From assembly GCA_025594325.1 (NCBI GenBank), contig JANHCV010000007.1:496001-560000 (forward strand): a DNA stretch of 64,000 bases, in the 5' to 3' direction. The DNA comes from Blastocladiella emersonii ATCC 22665 (lineage: Eukaryota > Fungi > Blastocladiomycota). The position numbers were made by a program, and so were the translations under genes. Each line of letters opens with the position of its first letter. Within the stretch, counting starts at the first letter, position 1. The notes under the pieces were generated by a model. That model did no database searches, was not told where the DNA came from, and worked only from the letters and a program-made list of their open reading frames with translations. Of this stretch, positions 22,413 to 34,245 are shown piece by piece.

Positions 22413-25400
22413 ATGAAATCCTCAACTAGCTTACGGGGTTGGCCGTGGGTTTCGCTAGCGTTGGGGTTCCTCGTCGCCGCGCTGCTGCTTGCCGTCAGCC
22501 ATGTCGCACGGGCTCAAGTACGGCTCAGCTTGCAGCTTCGCCACGATGACTCTTTCTGATTCAGATAACTCGCTAGTCAGTGTATCCGAAAGTGCGGGTG
22601 AAAATGACCGCGCTGGACGACATTGCCAACGCGCCGCGCCTCGCCCGCGAGTATCAGGCACTCGCGGACGAGTGGTCCAAGACGTCCGGCATTGAACTCG
22701 AGATAACGTATCCGATTGGGGTACGGTATCGGTGCCTTGTGATATTCTCTCGGCAACTGACGTCCCGCGCAGACAATAGTCACGACCACGGACTACGTCG
22801 GCCTTCTTCACGCGGTCGCCGACCAGCAGAGCGCGTTTTGGGACATGTGCGCACATCAACGTCGACTCCGCATCTCGCTCGATCTAACCTCACAAACAGT
22901 TTCTACGTAGACGTGATCTGGCCGCCACTCTTCGCTGGTGACCTGCTTCTGCCACTGGATCCGTTCCTCGCGCCGTCGACGCTGTCCCAGTACTCGCCGG
23001 GCCTCCTCGAAGGCGGGTACGTTGACGGCAAGCTGTACGCGCTGCCCTACTCCAATGACATGGCCGTGCTGTACTACCGCACCGACCTGCTCGCCAAATA
23101 CGGGTTCTCGAACCCACCAACAACGGTACGACGTCTTCACCCCTGGCCGTGCTCGCATTTTACTAAGAGCGGCGCCGTGTAGTGGGATGAAATGGAAACC
23201 ATGCTGAATGTGATCCTGCCCGCTGAGCGACGCACCAACCCGAAGCTGCAGGGCTACGAGGTCCAGCTATCGCTGTACGAGGGCGCGACGTGCTCGGAGA
23301 TCGAGTTCATGGCGAGCGTCGGCGCCGGGTCCGTCATCGAGGCTGACGGCGTCATGTCCATTCTCGAACCCACAAAACGCGCCGCGACCGTCGACCTGAT
23401 GACGCGTTTCCGCGGGTGGATCGAGCGCGGGCTCATCTCGAACGAGGCGCTCACCGCCAACGAGGCCACGTCCATCAACCTGTGGAACGCGGGTAACGCC
23501 GTGTTCATGCGCAACTGGCTGGTCGGCACGTTCGTCCGCGAGAGCCCGTACCCGACGGCTGTCGCACCGCTGCCCGGCCTGCGGGCCGACCTCGCGGGCA
23601 TGTCGACGAACGGCGCCAACTTCATGGGCGTCAACCGGTTCACGACCAACCAGACGCGCGCCGTCCGAGCGCTCGAATTCTTGACGGGACCCGCGTCGCA
23701 GATCTACTGGGCGATGACGATGGGGAAAACGCCGACCATTCCGTCGCTGTTGAAGAGTGCGTGTTCATTCTCTTTCTCACGAGTTGTGCGACTAACGACT
23801 CTCGCGGTAGACCAAACGATCTGTGCGGGCCTCGGCAACTGCGACCTCGGCGACAAGCTCAAGGTGCGCGTTCCCCTCTCACGCTGACTTTGCTTGCTAA
23901 CACGCGTCGTATAGTTTGTTCCGCGGCCGTCGGCCGCCACGGGCACCATGTACCCGCGCGTCTCCGAGCTCATCTACACGGGGTGGAACTTCGCGCTGTC
24001 GAACAAGATGCCTCCCGATGCCGTGATCCACTCCATGACGCTCCAGCTCGGCCAACTGCTCAACTACAACATCTTCGGGAGCCCGCTCAACGTGCTCCCG
24101 CACGATCTTGGCGGGATTGTGACCATCGCGATCGTGACCGGCACCTCGCTCCTTGTGTTCGGGACCATGGCGTGGATCTCGGTGTACCAGGGCAAGGCCA
24201 AGGGCAAGCTCGGTGCGCGAGGCACACGCGCGAAGCCGGCGATGCACAGCCTGATCCTCCTGCTCGCGGGCGTCGAGCTGCTCGTGATCTGGCCGCTGAC
24301 GCTGCTCGGTCTGCGGACGACGGCGCAGTGCTGGTCGATCCTCGCGCTCCCTGTGCTCGGCATGACGCTGACGCTGCTCATCTTCGCCGCGCAGGACCTG
24401 CAGATCTACCTGATCGTGTTCAGCCGTCTGCGGCGGCTCGCGTCGGACGTGACACGGACCGTGCGCCAGTTCATCGCGGCCGTGCTGGTGATCCAGACCA
24501 CGGCGCTCGTCGTATGGGGCCTCGTGTCGGTCCCGAAACCGGGCATCGACGTGGTGCGCGACGAGTACACGATTGCCGTGTGCAACATGGGCCGGTACCC
24601 GGTCCTGCTCGCGATCCCGATCGTGATCCTCGTGCTCCTGCTCGCCGGGTGCGCGTGGCTCACGCGGCGCGCGCAGGAGGCCGTCGCGACGCGGCTCAGC
24701 TCGCCCGAGTCGGCGCCCGCGATGGTGTTTCTGTACTCGACCGTGGTCTTTGGCGTGCTGATCGTACTTTCGCTGTTTCATCATTGCCGCGTCGTCGGCT
24801 CACACCTTTTGTCGTGTAGGCGATCCCGCTGACACAAGAGCAGCAGCTGAGCCCGCTCGTCCGCGTCCTGTTCCTGGCCCTCTCGACGTCTATCTACGCG
24901 TGCATCGCGTCGCTGTACTATGTGCGCGGCCGCGTGAAGCCGAGCCTGCGCGGTCGCGGGAGCTCGCAGTGGATGGGCGCGACCATGGTCGATGCGGCCG
25001 ACGGCAGCGACGCCGCGGACTCGGACGCGACCGGCGCCACCGGCGCGGCGACACACGACTTTGAGCTCGGGACCAAGGGCCTCGACTCGTATATCACGGC
25101 GGACCGGCGCGCGAGCGGCAACGCCGGCCAATCGGCCTTCGCCCCAGCGCGCCGCCTGCCGCCCGCGCCCATCAACGCCGAGGTGGTCGCCAACTGGTGC
25201 GTGTCGACGACGGCGCTCAAGTTCCGGCTCGCCGAGTCGCGGTTCGTCCTCGACCTGATGCCGTGGACCAAGTGCCACCTGCGGTACATGAAGCACGAGC
25301 GGGTTCTGGTCGTCGTGGAAGTCCCCGGCGCGGGCCTGCGCCGCGCGCGCCGCGTGTTCCGGATCCGCCACCTCGCCGTCGTCCGCATCACGTCAAGACG

Positions 25401-25677
25401 GTCGAGTGCGCCGTGGGTGCTCCAGTTCGAGTTCGCGGGGCAGCTGCTCGAGGTGTCGGGCCCGCGCGCCGTCGTGTCGGAGTGGCTCATGGTGTTTGAC
25501 GCGTTCCGCGACCGCGAGGCCGAGCATCCGGCGGCCGTCCCGGATAGCGCGGCGCCGACGGCCGCAGCAGCGGCGGGGCATCCGGGCGCGACGCTCGGGC
25601 TCACGCTCGCGCGCGGCGACTCGGATGGGCAGTTCGGGATGAGCATGGCGCGCTCGGCGTCGGACGGGCCGCTGTGA
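22413..25677 (+). CDS. Multi-exon SBP(TMBP-like)-class C 7TM receptor with PH-like tail (copy R4)
   Basis: Signal MKSSTSLRGWPWVSLALGFLVAALLLAV. VDVIWP, LPYSNDMAVLYYRTDLLAKYGFSNPPTT|WDEM, YEGATCSEIEF, GNAVFMRNW. 7TM including LGLRTTAQCW. Tail RFVLDL...RVLVVVE...VLQFEF...LLEVSG...VSEWLMVF. Confidence 0.85.
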
Positions 25678-25728
25678 GAGCGAGAGATGTGATATAAAAG
25701 CACGACCTGAAGTTTATATTTTATCAAC

Positions 25729-26673
25729 CTAGACGATCTGCGGCACGACACCCGACCCGTCGTGCGTGGTGACTGTGACGGGGATCCCGTCGTGACCGGG
25801 CATCGTGGTGGACGTGACGCCGTGCCAGTCGCCGTTGCCGTTCTGCCAGCTCGACGTCTGCGTGCCGATGGGTCCGTCGACGCCCGTGTTCGCGAGGCCG
25901 AACTCGTGGTGGCCGTTTCCGCCGACGCCGCCAACGCCGGACCCGCTCGTGCCCGCGTGGAACATGTCGTTGCCGATCGTCACCTGCCCGTTGCCGTGGC
26001 CGGACCAGTCGGCGCGCGCGTGGAACACGTCCATGGGTGCGTTGAAGTCCTGCTGGCCCGGCTGGCCGGGGTACTGGCCGGGGAAACCCTGCTGCTGGCC
26101 GACGAAACCCTGCTGCCCCGGAAGCACGCCGGTCTGCTGCCACGGCATCGTCGACGCGGTCGTCGAGGGAAGCACGGTGCCGGTGCCCGTCACGACGCCC
26201 GACGTGTGGTCGCCCGCGGGGAGCGGCGTCCATGCGCCCCAGTCGGCCGAGTTGCCCGTGATGGTGCCGTTGTTGCCCGTGATGACTCCGTTGTTGCCGG
26301 TGATGATCCCGTTGTTACCGGTGACGGGGACGCCGGGAACGACCGTAGTGCCAGGAACGACAGTCGGGACAGGAACAGGCGGGAGGATCGAGTGGACGCC
26401 GAGGTCGCCCGTCGGCGGCACCGTGCCGGGAGCGACGGGCGTGAACATGCTAGCGTCGAGGTGCGGGTACTGGCCGGCGCCGTACGAGAAGTCGCCGCCG
26501 CCGACGTGATGGCCACCAGTGTAGCCAGCGTTGCCGTATCCGACATTCCCGCCGTTGTAGTGGCTGCCGGGCGCGACCGAATACGTCGTGTGGCCGATGG
26601 GGTCGGCGCTGCTCTGTGTCGTCGTCTTGGTGACGCCGTTGACGGTCACGGATGTAGTCGAGGAGTAGGGCAT
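25729..26673 (-). CDS. Gly/Thr/Val/Pro/Asn-rich low-complexity protein, function unknown
   Basis: 314-aa intronless ORF with strong GC3 bias. Contains TGNNG[IVT]I heptad x3.5 and QQGF repeats. No obvious signal peptide. Confidence 0.7.
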   Translation of the reverse strand: MPYSSTTSVTVNGVTKTTTQSSADPIGHTTYSVAPGSHYNGGNVGYGNAGYTGGHHVGGGDFSYGAGQYPHLDASMFTPVAPGTVPPTGDLGVHSILPPVPVPTVVPGTTVVPGVPVTGNNGIITGNNGVITGNNGTITGNSADWGAWTPLPAGDHTSGVVTGTGTVLPSTTASTMPWQQTGVLPGQQGFVGQQQGFPGQYPGQPGQQDFNAPMDVFHARADWSGHGNGQVTIGNDMFHAGTSGSGVGGVGGNGHHEFGLANTGVDGPIGTQTSSWQNGNGDWHGVTSTTMPGHDGIPVTVTTHDGSGVVPQIV

Positions 26674-27057
26674 GATGTTGATGGTCTAAGGTGATGGATG
26701 AAGGAGAGCGGGGATCTCGCCGTGAGCTCGCTGAGAGTTAAATGTTGCTCGACGCCCATCGGACCGCATTCCGGTACGCCGGGCGCCGCACGCCGTGATA
26801 AAGCTGTAACACGTTGCACGCGAGTATTTCGGGTGCCCTCACACGGCGTTTGAGCGGCGCGACGCGTCCGTGTGGCTTAGCCGGCGCCCAAGCTGCGCCT
26901 CCTTCGCGTCACTTCTTCCACCTCCTTCCGCGATGGATGGACGGTGACCGCATCACCTCCTCCCGCACGCAATGGACGACGAGAGGGACAGATGACAGGT
27001 TGATGAAAGAAAGAGTCTATGAAGGTGTATCGAGAAAAACTATCTGCTCAGTTGGTA

Positions 27058-30000
27058 TCACGGCCGCAAGTGCCCCGACGGCCCAACGGGTCCGCGCCCG
27101 CCGCCGCCGTTGCCCGACTGTTCGGCGCGCCACTCAAAGTACCGGTCGAGCAGCGACAGGAGGTCTTGCCGGCGTGCGGGTTTCGGGACAAAGTCGTGCA
27201 TGCCCGTCGACAGACACGTGTGGCGCTCCTCGGGCAGCGCCGAGGCCGTCATGGCGCAGATGAACGGCAACCCGTTCCCATGGGTCGCGCCCTGGGGCGC
27301 GCCGGGCCGCGGTGCGCTCGCTTTCGCGAGGATCGCGCGCGTCGCGTCGAGGCCGTCCATGACGGGCATCGACACGTCCATGAACACGATCGAGACGCCC
27401 GGGTGCGCGTCGACGAACGCGACGGCCTCGGCGCCGTTGTTCGCCGTCTCGACGTTGTCGACGCCCATGGACCGCAGCGTGCGCGCCGCGACCATCTGGT
27501 TGATCGCGTTGTCGTCGACGACGAGCACCTGCAGGTTCGCGAGCCGGTCGCGGTGCGGCTCGGCCATGGACGCGCGGCTGAGCGCCGCCGACGCGGACGC
27601 CGACCGGCTGCCGGCGGACTGCATGGTCATGGGCGAGATGAGGATCGGGGTCGCGACGGGCGCGGTCCCGGTCCCCCCGGCCTGGTTGAACTGCGCGAGC
27701 TGCTGCTGGTACTGCTGCTGCGCGGCGAACTGCGCCTGGTGGTACTCGAGCCGCGCGCCGCGGATCATCTCGTCGAGGTTGCGCGCCTTGACGGGTTTCG
27801 TGACCGTGTGCCGGCACAGCGCGTCGGTGGTGGCGATGCGCGACCCGGACTTGATGCGCATCAGGACGACCACGGGGACTCGCATCTGCCAGTGCGCGAG
27901 CCGGTTGGCGTCGTCGGGCGCGAGCGCGCGCGCCGTGTCCTCGTCGACGACGAGTACGTCGAACCCAAAGTCGGCGGCCGGGGACAGCAGCGCGAGGTTC
28001 AGCGGCGGCACCGCGTCGAGCGCCGTCGGCGTGTACTTGTACCGACGCAGGACCGCGAGCAGCGCGAGCCGCTCGTTGGTGATGTTGGTCAGAATGCCCA
28101 CGCGCGTGCCCTCGAACGCGATGGCCACGTCGTTGGTCGGCGTGAGCTCGTCGGGGATCGACGCGTTGGGCGGCAGGGACGGGGTTCCGGGGGCGGACGC
28201 GGACGGGAAACATAACATCACAGTGAAAAGAGCACCGATTCCGGGCACGCTGTCGACGATGATGCGTCCGTGGTGCAGCTCGACGAGGCGCGACGTGATA
28301 GCGAGCCCGAGCCCGGTTCCCTGGAACCGGCGGGCGATGGTGGCGTCGAGCTGCTGGAACTTCTCGAACAGGAGGTGGATCTTGTCCTGCTCGATGCCGA
28401 TACCCGAGTCGCGCAGCTGGAAGAAGACGCGGACGAGTTTGCGCTCGGCGGCAACCGCCGGGTTGTAGTAGTCGAGGACGCGCTGCTTGCGCTGCTTGGC
28501 GCCGTCGGGCGTGATGTAGTAGGACGCGGGCTCGGACGTGGTGACGGTGAGCGTGACGCTTCCGGCGGACGTGAACTTGATGGCATTGGACAGCAGGTTG
28601 ACGAGGATCTGGCGCAGGCGGAGCTTGTCGCCGAGCACCTCATCGACGGCGTGCTCGAGGACCGCGCACACCGAGATGCCCTTCTTGTCGGCGGCCGCGT
28701 ACACGACCTCGACCGACTGCTCGGCCACGTCGGTGATGGACAGCGGCGTCTCCTCCATGGTGAACTGGGCGCCGTGGAACTCGAGCTTGGACAGATCGAG
28801 GATATCGTTGACGAGGTTGAGCAGCGTGTTGGACGAGACCGCCACGATCTCGAGAATGTCGCGCATGTCGCGGGTCAGCTCGTACTGCGACAGCAGCAGG
28901 TCGACGAACCCGATGATCGCGTTCATGGGCGTGCGCAGCTCGTGCGAGATCGTGGCCAGGAACACGGTCTTCATGCCGTTGAGCGCCTCGGCCTCCTTCT
29001 TCTCGCGCTCCAGCACCGTGACCTGCGTCCGGCGCGCGGCCTCGCGCTCGATCTGCGCCGACTGGTCGAGCGCAATCTCGATCTGCCCGATCGCGTCCGA
29101 CAGAACGGGCCCGTGCTGCGCCATGGTCTCGCGCGAGTGCACCAGCAGCATCATGACGCGCCGGCCCTCGACCGTCCACGACGACCCGCTGCTGCCCGTC
29201 GGCTGCAGCGGCAGCGTCGCCGCCGCCGCGGTGGCGGACCCGGCGCCCGACGTCGCGCCCGACCCGGTCCCGTCGTACACCTGCAGCAGCGTGCCAATGA
29301 CGCCGGGGTCGTCGATCCCGAACACCTCACTGAGAAGCGGTGCGCGGAGCCGGACCCAGTGCGCGTGCGACGCGCCGATCGCGATGCCCGCGGCGGACGT
29401 CATCTCGGTGGCCGTGAACGCCTGGACGAGCGGCGGTTTCCCGGCACTGCTCGCGGCCGCCGTCGCCGCCGCCACGGGGTCGCCCGCATCACCCACCCCG
29501 GCGGGCATCGCGGGCTGGTGCATGAGGAGCGGCGCGAGGTTGATGGCGGCGCCGCGCGTCGGGCCGCGGCGGAAGGGGACGCGCGAGTAGCTGGCGAGGC
29601 AGTGGGCCTCGTCGGGCCGGGTGCCGTCGACGGCGAGGACGAAGCACGCGGTCAGGTCAAAGTGGTTGGCGAGCTGGACCGAGGCGATGTCGCAGATGGC
29701 GTGGAACTGCATGGAGCGGCGGATCGACTGGGTCACGGACCGCAGCTTGTGCAGGTTCGAGTTCTCGATCTGCAGCTGCTGCTCGTTCTGGATCCGCACG
29801 CCGAGCTCTTCCTCGAGGACGAACAGGCGCGCGGGGAGGGTGAGGGCGGTCGGCATCAGGCGCACCAGGATCAGCGCCGTCAGGACCGAGATGATGGCGC
29901 TACGCGAGGGGACGGGTGAGTGGTGTGGTTCGTGGGTGGCAATGAGAGAGCACGTACGTCAGGACCTTGAAGATGGCGAGCAGGTACCCGGGGTCGATGG

Positions 30001-30872
30001 CCCACATTTTGATGAGGTGGGTGAGGCCACTACACGATCCGTGGTCAGCGCTCGAGTCCATGGCCACCGTCACCACCAAACCGCGGCGTACCAGAGCATG
30101 ATAAAGGCCTCGAACAGCCACACGACGGCCTTGTACTGGCCGCGGAGGCCCTCGAGGTTGAGGTGGCGCTGGAAGTAGAAGATTTGGCTACACACCCCCA
30201 AAATCAGCGACCGGATCAGGCCCGCAGCCGTGAGGAGAAGCCGCACCATGGGATGGCAAAGTAGGCCAGCGCAATCAACCCGTCCGACACGGCCGAGATG
30301 ATGCCGAGCGCCATCTTCTCGCTGCACCCGTCGCCGCCCGAGCACGCGAAGCTCATGTTGTTGGTGCTGAGCGGATCCGACCGCGACTGGAGCTTGTGGC
30401 GGTAGGCGGGCGAGAAGGCGTGATCGGCCGCGAGCGATGGAGACGCGTTCGCGACGCAACGACGCAGGCACTGGTCCCTCGACGCGACGAAGCGGAACGA
30501 GGCGACGAGGATGCCGAGAAAGCACAGGCCGCAGGCGACCACGGCGTACGAGACGAGCAGCACGCGCGTGATACCCGGCGAGGCAGGCGGCGGTTGGCGG
30601 GACGCGCGGCGCGAACGATGGCGATGGCGAGGGCGGCGACGCGGGCAACCGTCACGGTCTTCTACTTGATCGTCACGCGACGACGGTGCGCAGGCGTGAT
30701 CGGGGTCGCAGCCGACGGCAGCAGGGGGCGGCGCGCAGCACGGCGGATCGGACGCGGCGGCGGCGGCGGGGGCAGCGCCACGACCGCGGACGGCGTCGGT
30801 GGGAAGCCGATCGCTACAGCTCGGCGCAGGCGCAGGCGCAGGGAGTGCGCACGCGGTCTCGGTGGGAGGCAC
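27058..30872 (-). CDS. ETR1: ETR1-like ethylene-receptor hybrid histidine kinase (EtBD-GAF-HisKA-HATPase-pseudoREC-REC)
   Basis: Hand-spliced TM exons SDGLIALAYFAIP, FEAFIML-C-GLTHLIKMW and IFKVLTAIISVLTAL. H-box FLATISHELRTP, N-box RQILVNLLSNAIKFT, DSGIGI, GTGLGLAI. REC VLVVDDN...FMDVSMPVMDG...FVPKP. The 5' start is uncertain (30358 or 30872). Confidence 0.9.
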
Positions 30873-32627
30873 GGCGGGGCCGGGCGGCGGCGGAAGTCGG
30901 CAATCGGGCGGCGCAGGGCAATCGCGGGGCCGAGCACTCGCGCGCGATGCGGCAAGCGGGGCGAGCGGGAGCGCGGGGTCGGCGGCGCGGCGGGCGCGAC
31001 CGGGGGGCGGAGCAGGAGGCGCGGGGCCGGACCACGCGGTCGGCGGGGGCGGGGTAGGGGCCGACTGCGCGCGGGGGGTGGGATCATGGGTTCATCATGG
31101 CGTTAGTGACGGGTCCAAGGGTTGGTGAGGTCCGCAAGCGAGCGCGAGCGGTGAAGGGGCGAGGCGGAGCAGGCGGAGAGTGACTCGCACCATGGCACAG
31201 TCGTCCTCGGCGGCGCCGGGCTGCACTGCGAGGCAGGCGGGAGCAGGGGCGCAGGAGGGCACCACGTCGGAGGCGGGGCATCGCGGTGCGGCGAGGGGTG
31301 GGGCGGGCGACAGCGGGAGCGGGAGCGGCGGCCGGCGCGCGGGGCTGGAAGCGGGAGGCGGCGAGGGATCCAAGGCGGCGGCGGTGCGGCGGAGGCGATG
31401 CAGCGCGTCGAGGAGAGGGCGAGGGGGGAGAGAGCGAGAGACGGCGCGGAATGGCAGGGCGTGCGCTGCAACGGATGTGCCGGCGGGCGGTCAGCAGGGC
31501 GCACGCCGCGTCGCCGTGGCGTCATCCTGCGTCACACCGGGAACGCGCGTTCTGGGCCGAGCGGGCTTCGAGAGGAATGGATTGCGTGCAGTGCGGCGGG
31601 CGGCGGCGGGCGGTTCGCTGGGCACGGTGGGCGGGCGTGGGGAACCGGCTCGGCCGCGCGCAGTATCCGCCACATGCACCCGCGCGTTGCGCCACACTTG
31701 CCGGCTCGCCAAGGGGATATGCTTCGGGGAGGCGTACGTGGCGAAGTCGAGTCTAGCAGTGTGCGCGGACACACACGCTCGCGGGCGTCTAAGTCGGGTA
31801 TCTAAGTGGCAGCTGTGTGAGGTTCGAGCGAGAGAGCGAGGAGCGCGCGCGGGGCCCGCCTTGACACACGCACGCCGCGAAGCGTCGCCAGCAGAGACGC
31901 GTCGTCGCGGCGCGCGGGGGCCCGCTGCCTCCCGCGCTCCCGGCGGCGCGCATCGGGCCATGGCCGCGTGCGTGCCCCGAACCCGCTCGGCCAGGGACGA
32001 TGAACGGGGGCGCGCTACAAGCATCCCGGCCGCGCGCGGGGGAGCGGAGCAGAGCGAGCGCGTTCGTCTCCCGCCCCCGTCTCCCGGCTCGCTTCGTACG
32101 CGAACGCGCGCGTGCGTGTGGTGGCGGCTTCGCGAGACGATCGCGGCCGACGCGTTCTGGAGACAAAATGCGGGGGAGTCGAGAGACATCACGTGAGGTC
32201 ACCGCGCAACGCGTCGGCACGCGTTTGTTGACGCGTTTCCGCTTCACCACGAACCCCGCCTTCAGCCTCATGCGACCCGCTGCAATCCCTGGCGACGCTC
32301 AAGGCGACCATGACAAGCCCTTGTCGCGTGTCCCTGAGCCGACGCGGGCGTGGGCGTGAGGGTGGCGTGACAGTTTTTCCGATCCGACGGAGGAGAGCGG
32401 CTGCTCGCCCGCCGAGCAACCCTGGCCCCGAATTTAACGCGCGCGGACGCAGCTCGCCATCTGGTGCCGAAGCGCCGGGGGCCTTGTTCTCGCCGTTGTT
32501 GATGTTCGGCTCGGCGCGCCGGTCGCCGCCGATGGAAAAATCCCAGGGGCGCGTCGCGACCGCTATAAAGCGCGCCGGGCTCCTCGCGCTCTCTCCTCAC
32601 CGCTCTCACACCTCGAAGACTTTCACC

Positions 32628-34146
32628 ATGCTAGCTTCTGCACGAACCACTTCCATGCATCGCGTTGCCGGCACTCGCTGCGCCGCCGCGTCGCTGCGCT
32701 TCGCGCACATGGTCGCTTCCGCCAACGCGGCCGCCACCTCGTCGTCGACGGTCCCGGCCGTCGCATCGCAGCCCATCACGCCGATTCGGTACACGCCCGC
32801 GCAGCGGTCGGTCGTGTCCATTGGCAAGACGCAGGGCCGCCTCGTCATCATCGGCAGCGGGTGGGCCGGGTTCAAGCTCGTGCGCAACATTGACGCGGCC
32901 AACTACGAGGGTACTTCTTCTATCCCTCCCGGTCTCTCCACGACCCACTCACATTTCCCCATACCTAGTCGTGTGTGTCAGCGCCAGAAACCACTTCGTA
33001 TTTACCCCCTTGCTCGCGAGCTCAGCGGTCGGCACGCTCGAGTTCCGGGCCATCGTCGAGCCGGTGCGCCAGTTCCACAAGCCGCTGCAGTTCCACCAGG
33101 CGCGCGTGGGCGCCATCGACCTGGACCGGCAGACCATCACGTGCACGTCGTGCCTCGAGGACAACCAGGACACGTTCACGCTGCCGTACGACAAGCTGGT
33201 GATCGCCCCCGGCGCCGTGTCCAACACGTTCGGCATCGAGGGCGTCGAGGAGCACGCCGTGTTCCTCAAGGAGATCGCCGACGCGCGCCGGATCCGCGCC
33301 CGCGTGATCGAGTGCTTCGAGCACGCGATGCAGCCGGGCGTCACCGAGGACGAGCAGCTGCGCCTCCTGCACTTCCAGATCGCCGGCGCGGGGCCGACGG
33401 GCGTCGAGTTCTCGGCCGAGCTGCACGACTTTATCACCGAGGACCTCAAGAAGCTGTACCCGTCGCTCATGCCGAAAGTCCAGATGACCCTGTTCGACAT
33501 GGCGCCGCGGATCCTCGGCGGGTTCGACGCGTCGCTGTCCGAGATCGCCACGCGCCGGTTCACGCGCAACGGCGTCAAGATCCGGACCGGGACCCGCATC
33601 ACCAAGGTCGAGAAGGGGTGCATCACCGTCAACGACGGCGAGCGCGTGCCCTTCGGCTTGCTTGTCTGGGGCACGGGCATCACGCAGACCCCGCTCGTCA
33701 AGTCCCTGTACCCGAAACTCCTCGCCGAGGACCGCGGCCTGCGCCGGCTCGTCACGGACCCGACGCTGCGCGTGCTGCGCCAGGACGGCACGCCCATCGA
33801 CAACGTGTTCGCCCTCGGCGACTGCGCGACCATCAAGGACCTCGACCTCCCCGCGACCGCCCAGGTCGCGAACCAGAAGGCCAACTACCTCGCGAAACAG
33901 CTCAACCACGTCGACAAGCCGCACGCGCCCTTCACCTACCACCACATGGGCACCATGGCGTATATCGGCGGGTGGCGCGCCGTCGCCGACCTGTCCAAGG
34001 ACGTGAAGCCCACGGGGTTCGCCGCCTGGGTCTTCTGGCGGTCCGCGTACCTCTCCATGTCCGTCGGGTGGCGCAACAAGGCCCTGATCCCCATGTTCTG
34101 GTTCCTCGCGTGGGCGTTCGGGCGGGATACGTCGCGCATCCAGTAG
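32628..34146 (+). CDS. Mitochondrial type II (alternative) NADH:ubiquinone oxidoreductase, NDE/NDI-like, no EF hand
   Basis: Presequence, then RLVIIGSGWAG, FVFTPLLASSAVGTLEFRAIVEPVR, AGAGPTGVEFSAELHD, FALGDCA, PATAQVANQ and FWRSAYL. One intron at about 32912-32969. Confidence 0.93.
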
Positions 34147-34245
34147 AGCTCAGTGTTCGTTGAAAAAGTGGAAGTGCTAGGACCACGCGCGTTACGCGGG
34201 CCCGCGAGAAGTAGTATGTAGCATCATAGTCATAAACTCCCCCAT

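Noticed and set aside
26240-26320. Ice-binding (IRIP-type) repeat in TGNNGII heptads
   Set aside because: The register does not match the NxVxG consensus, and there are only about 3.5 units.
31100-32600. ncRNA or hidden gene between the kinase and NDH-2
   Set aside because: It is purine-skewed GC-rich leader/promoter sequence with no tRNA or rRNA structure and no coding bias.
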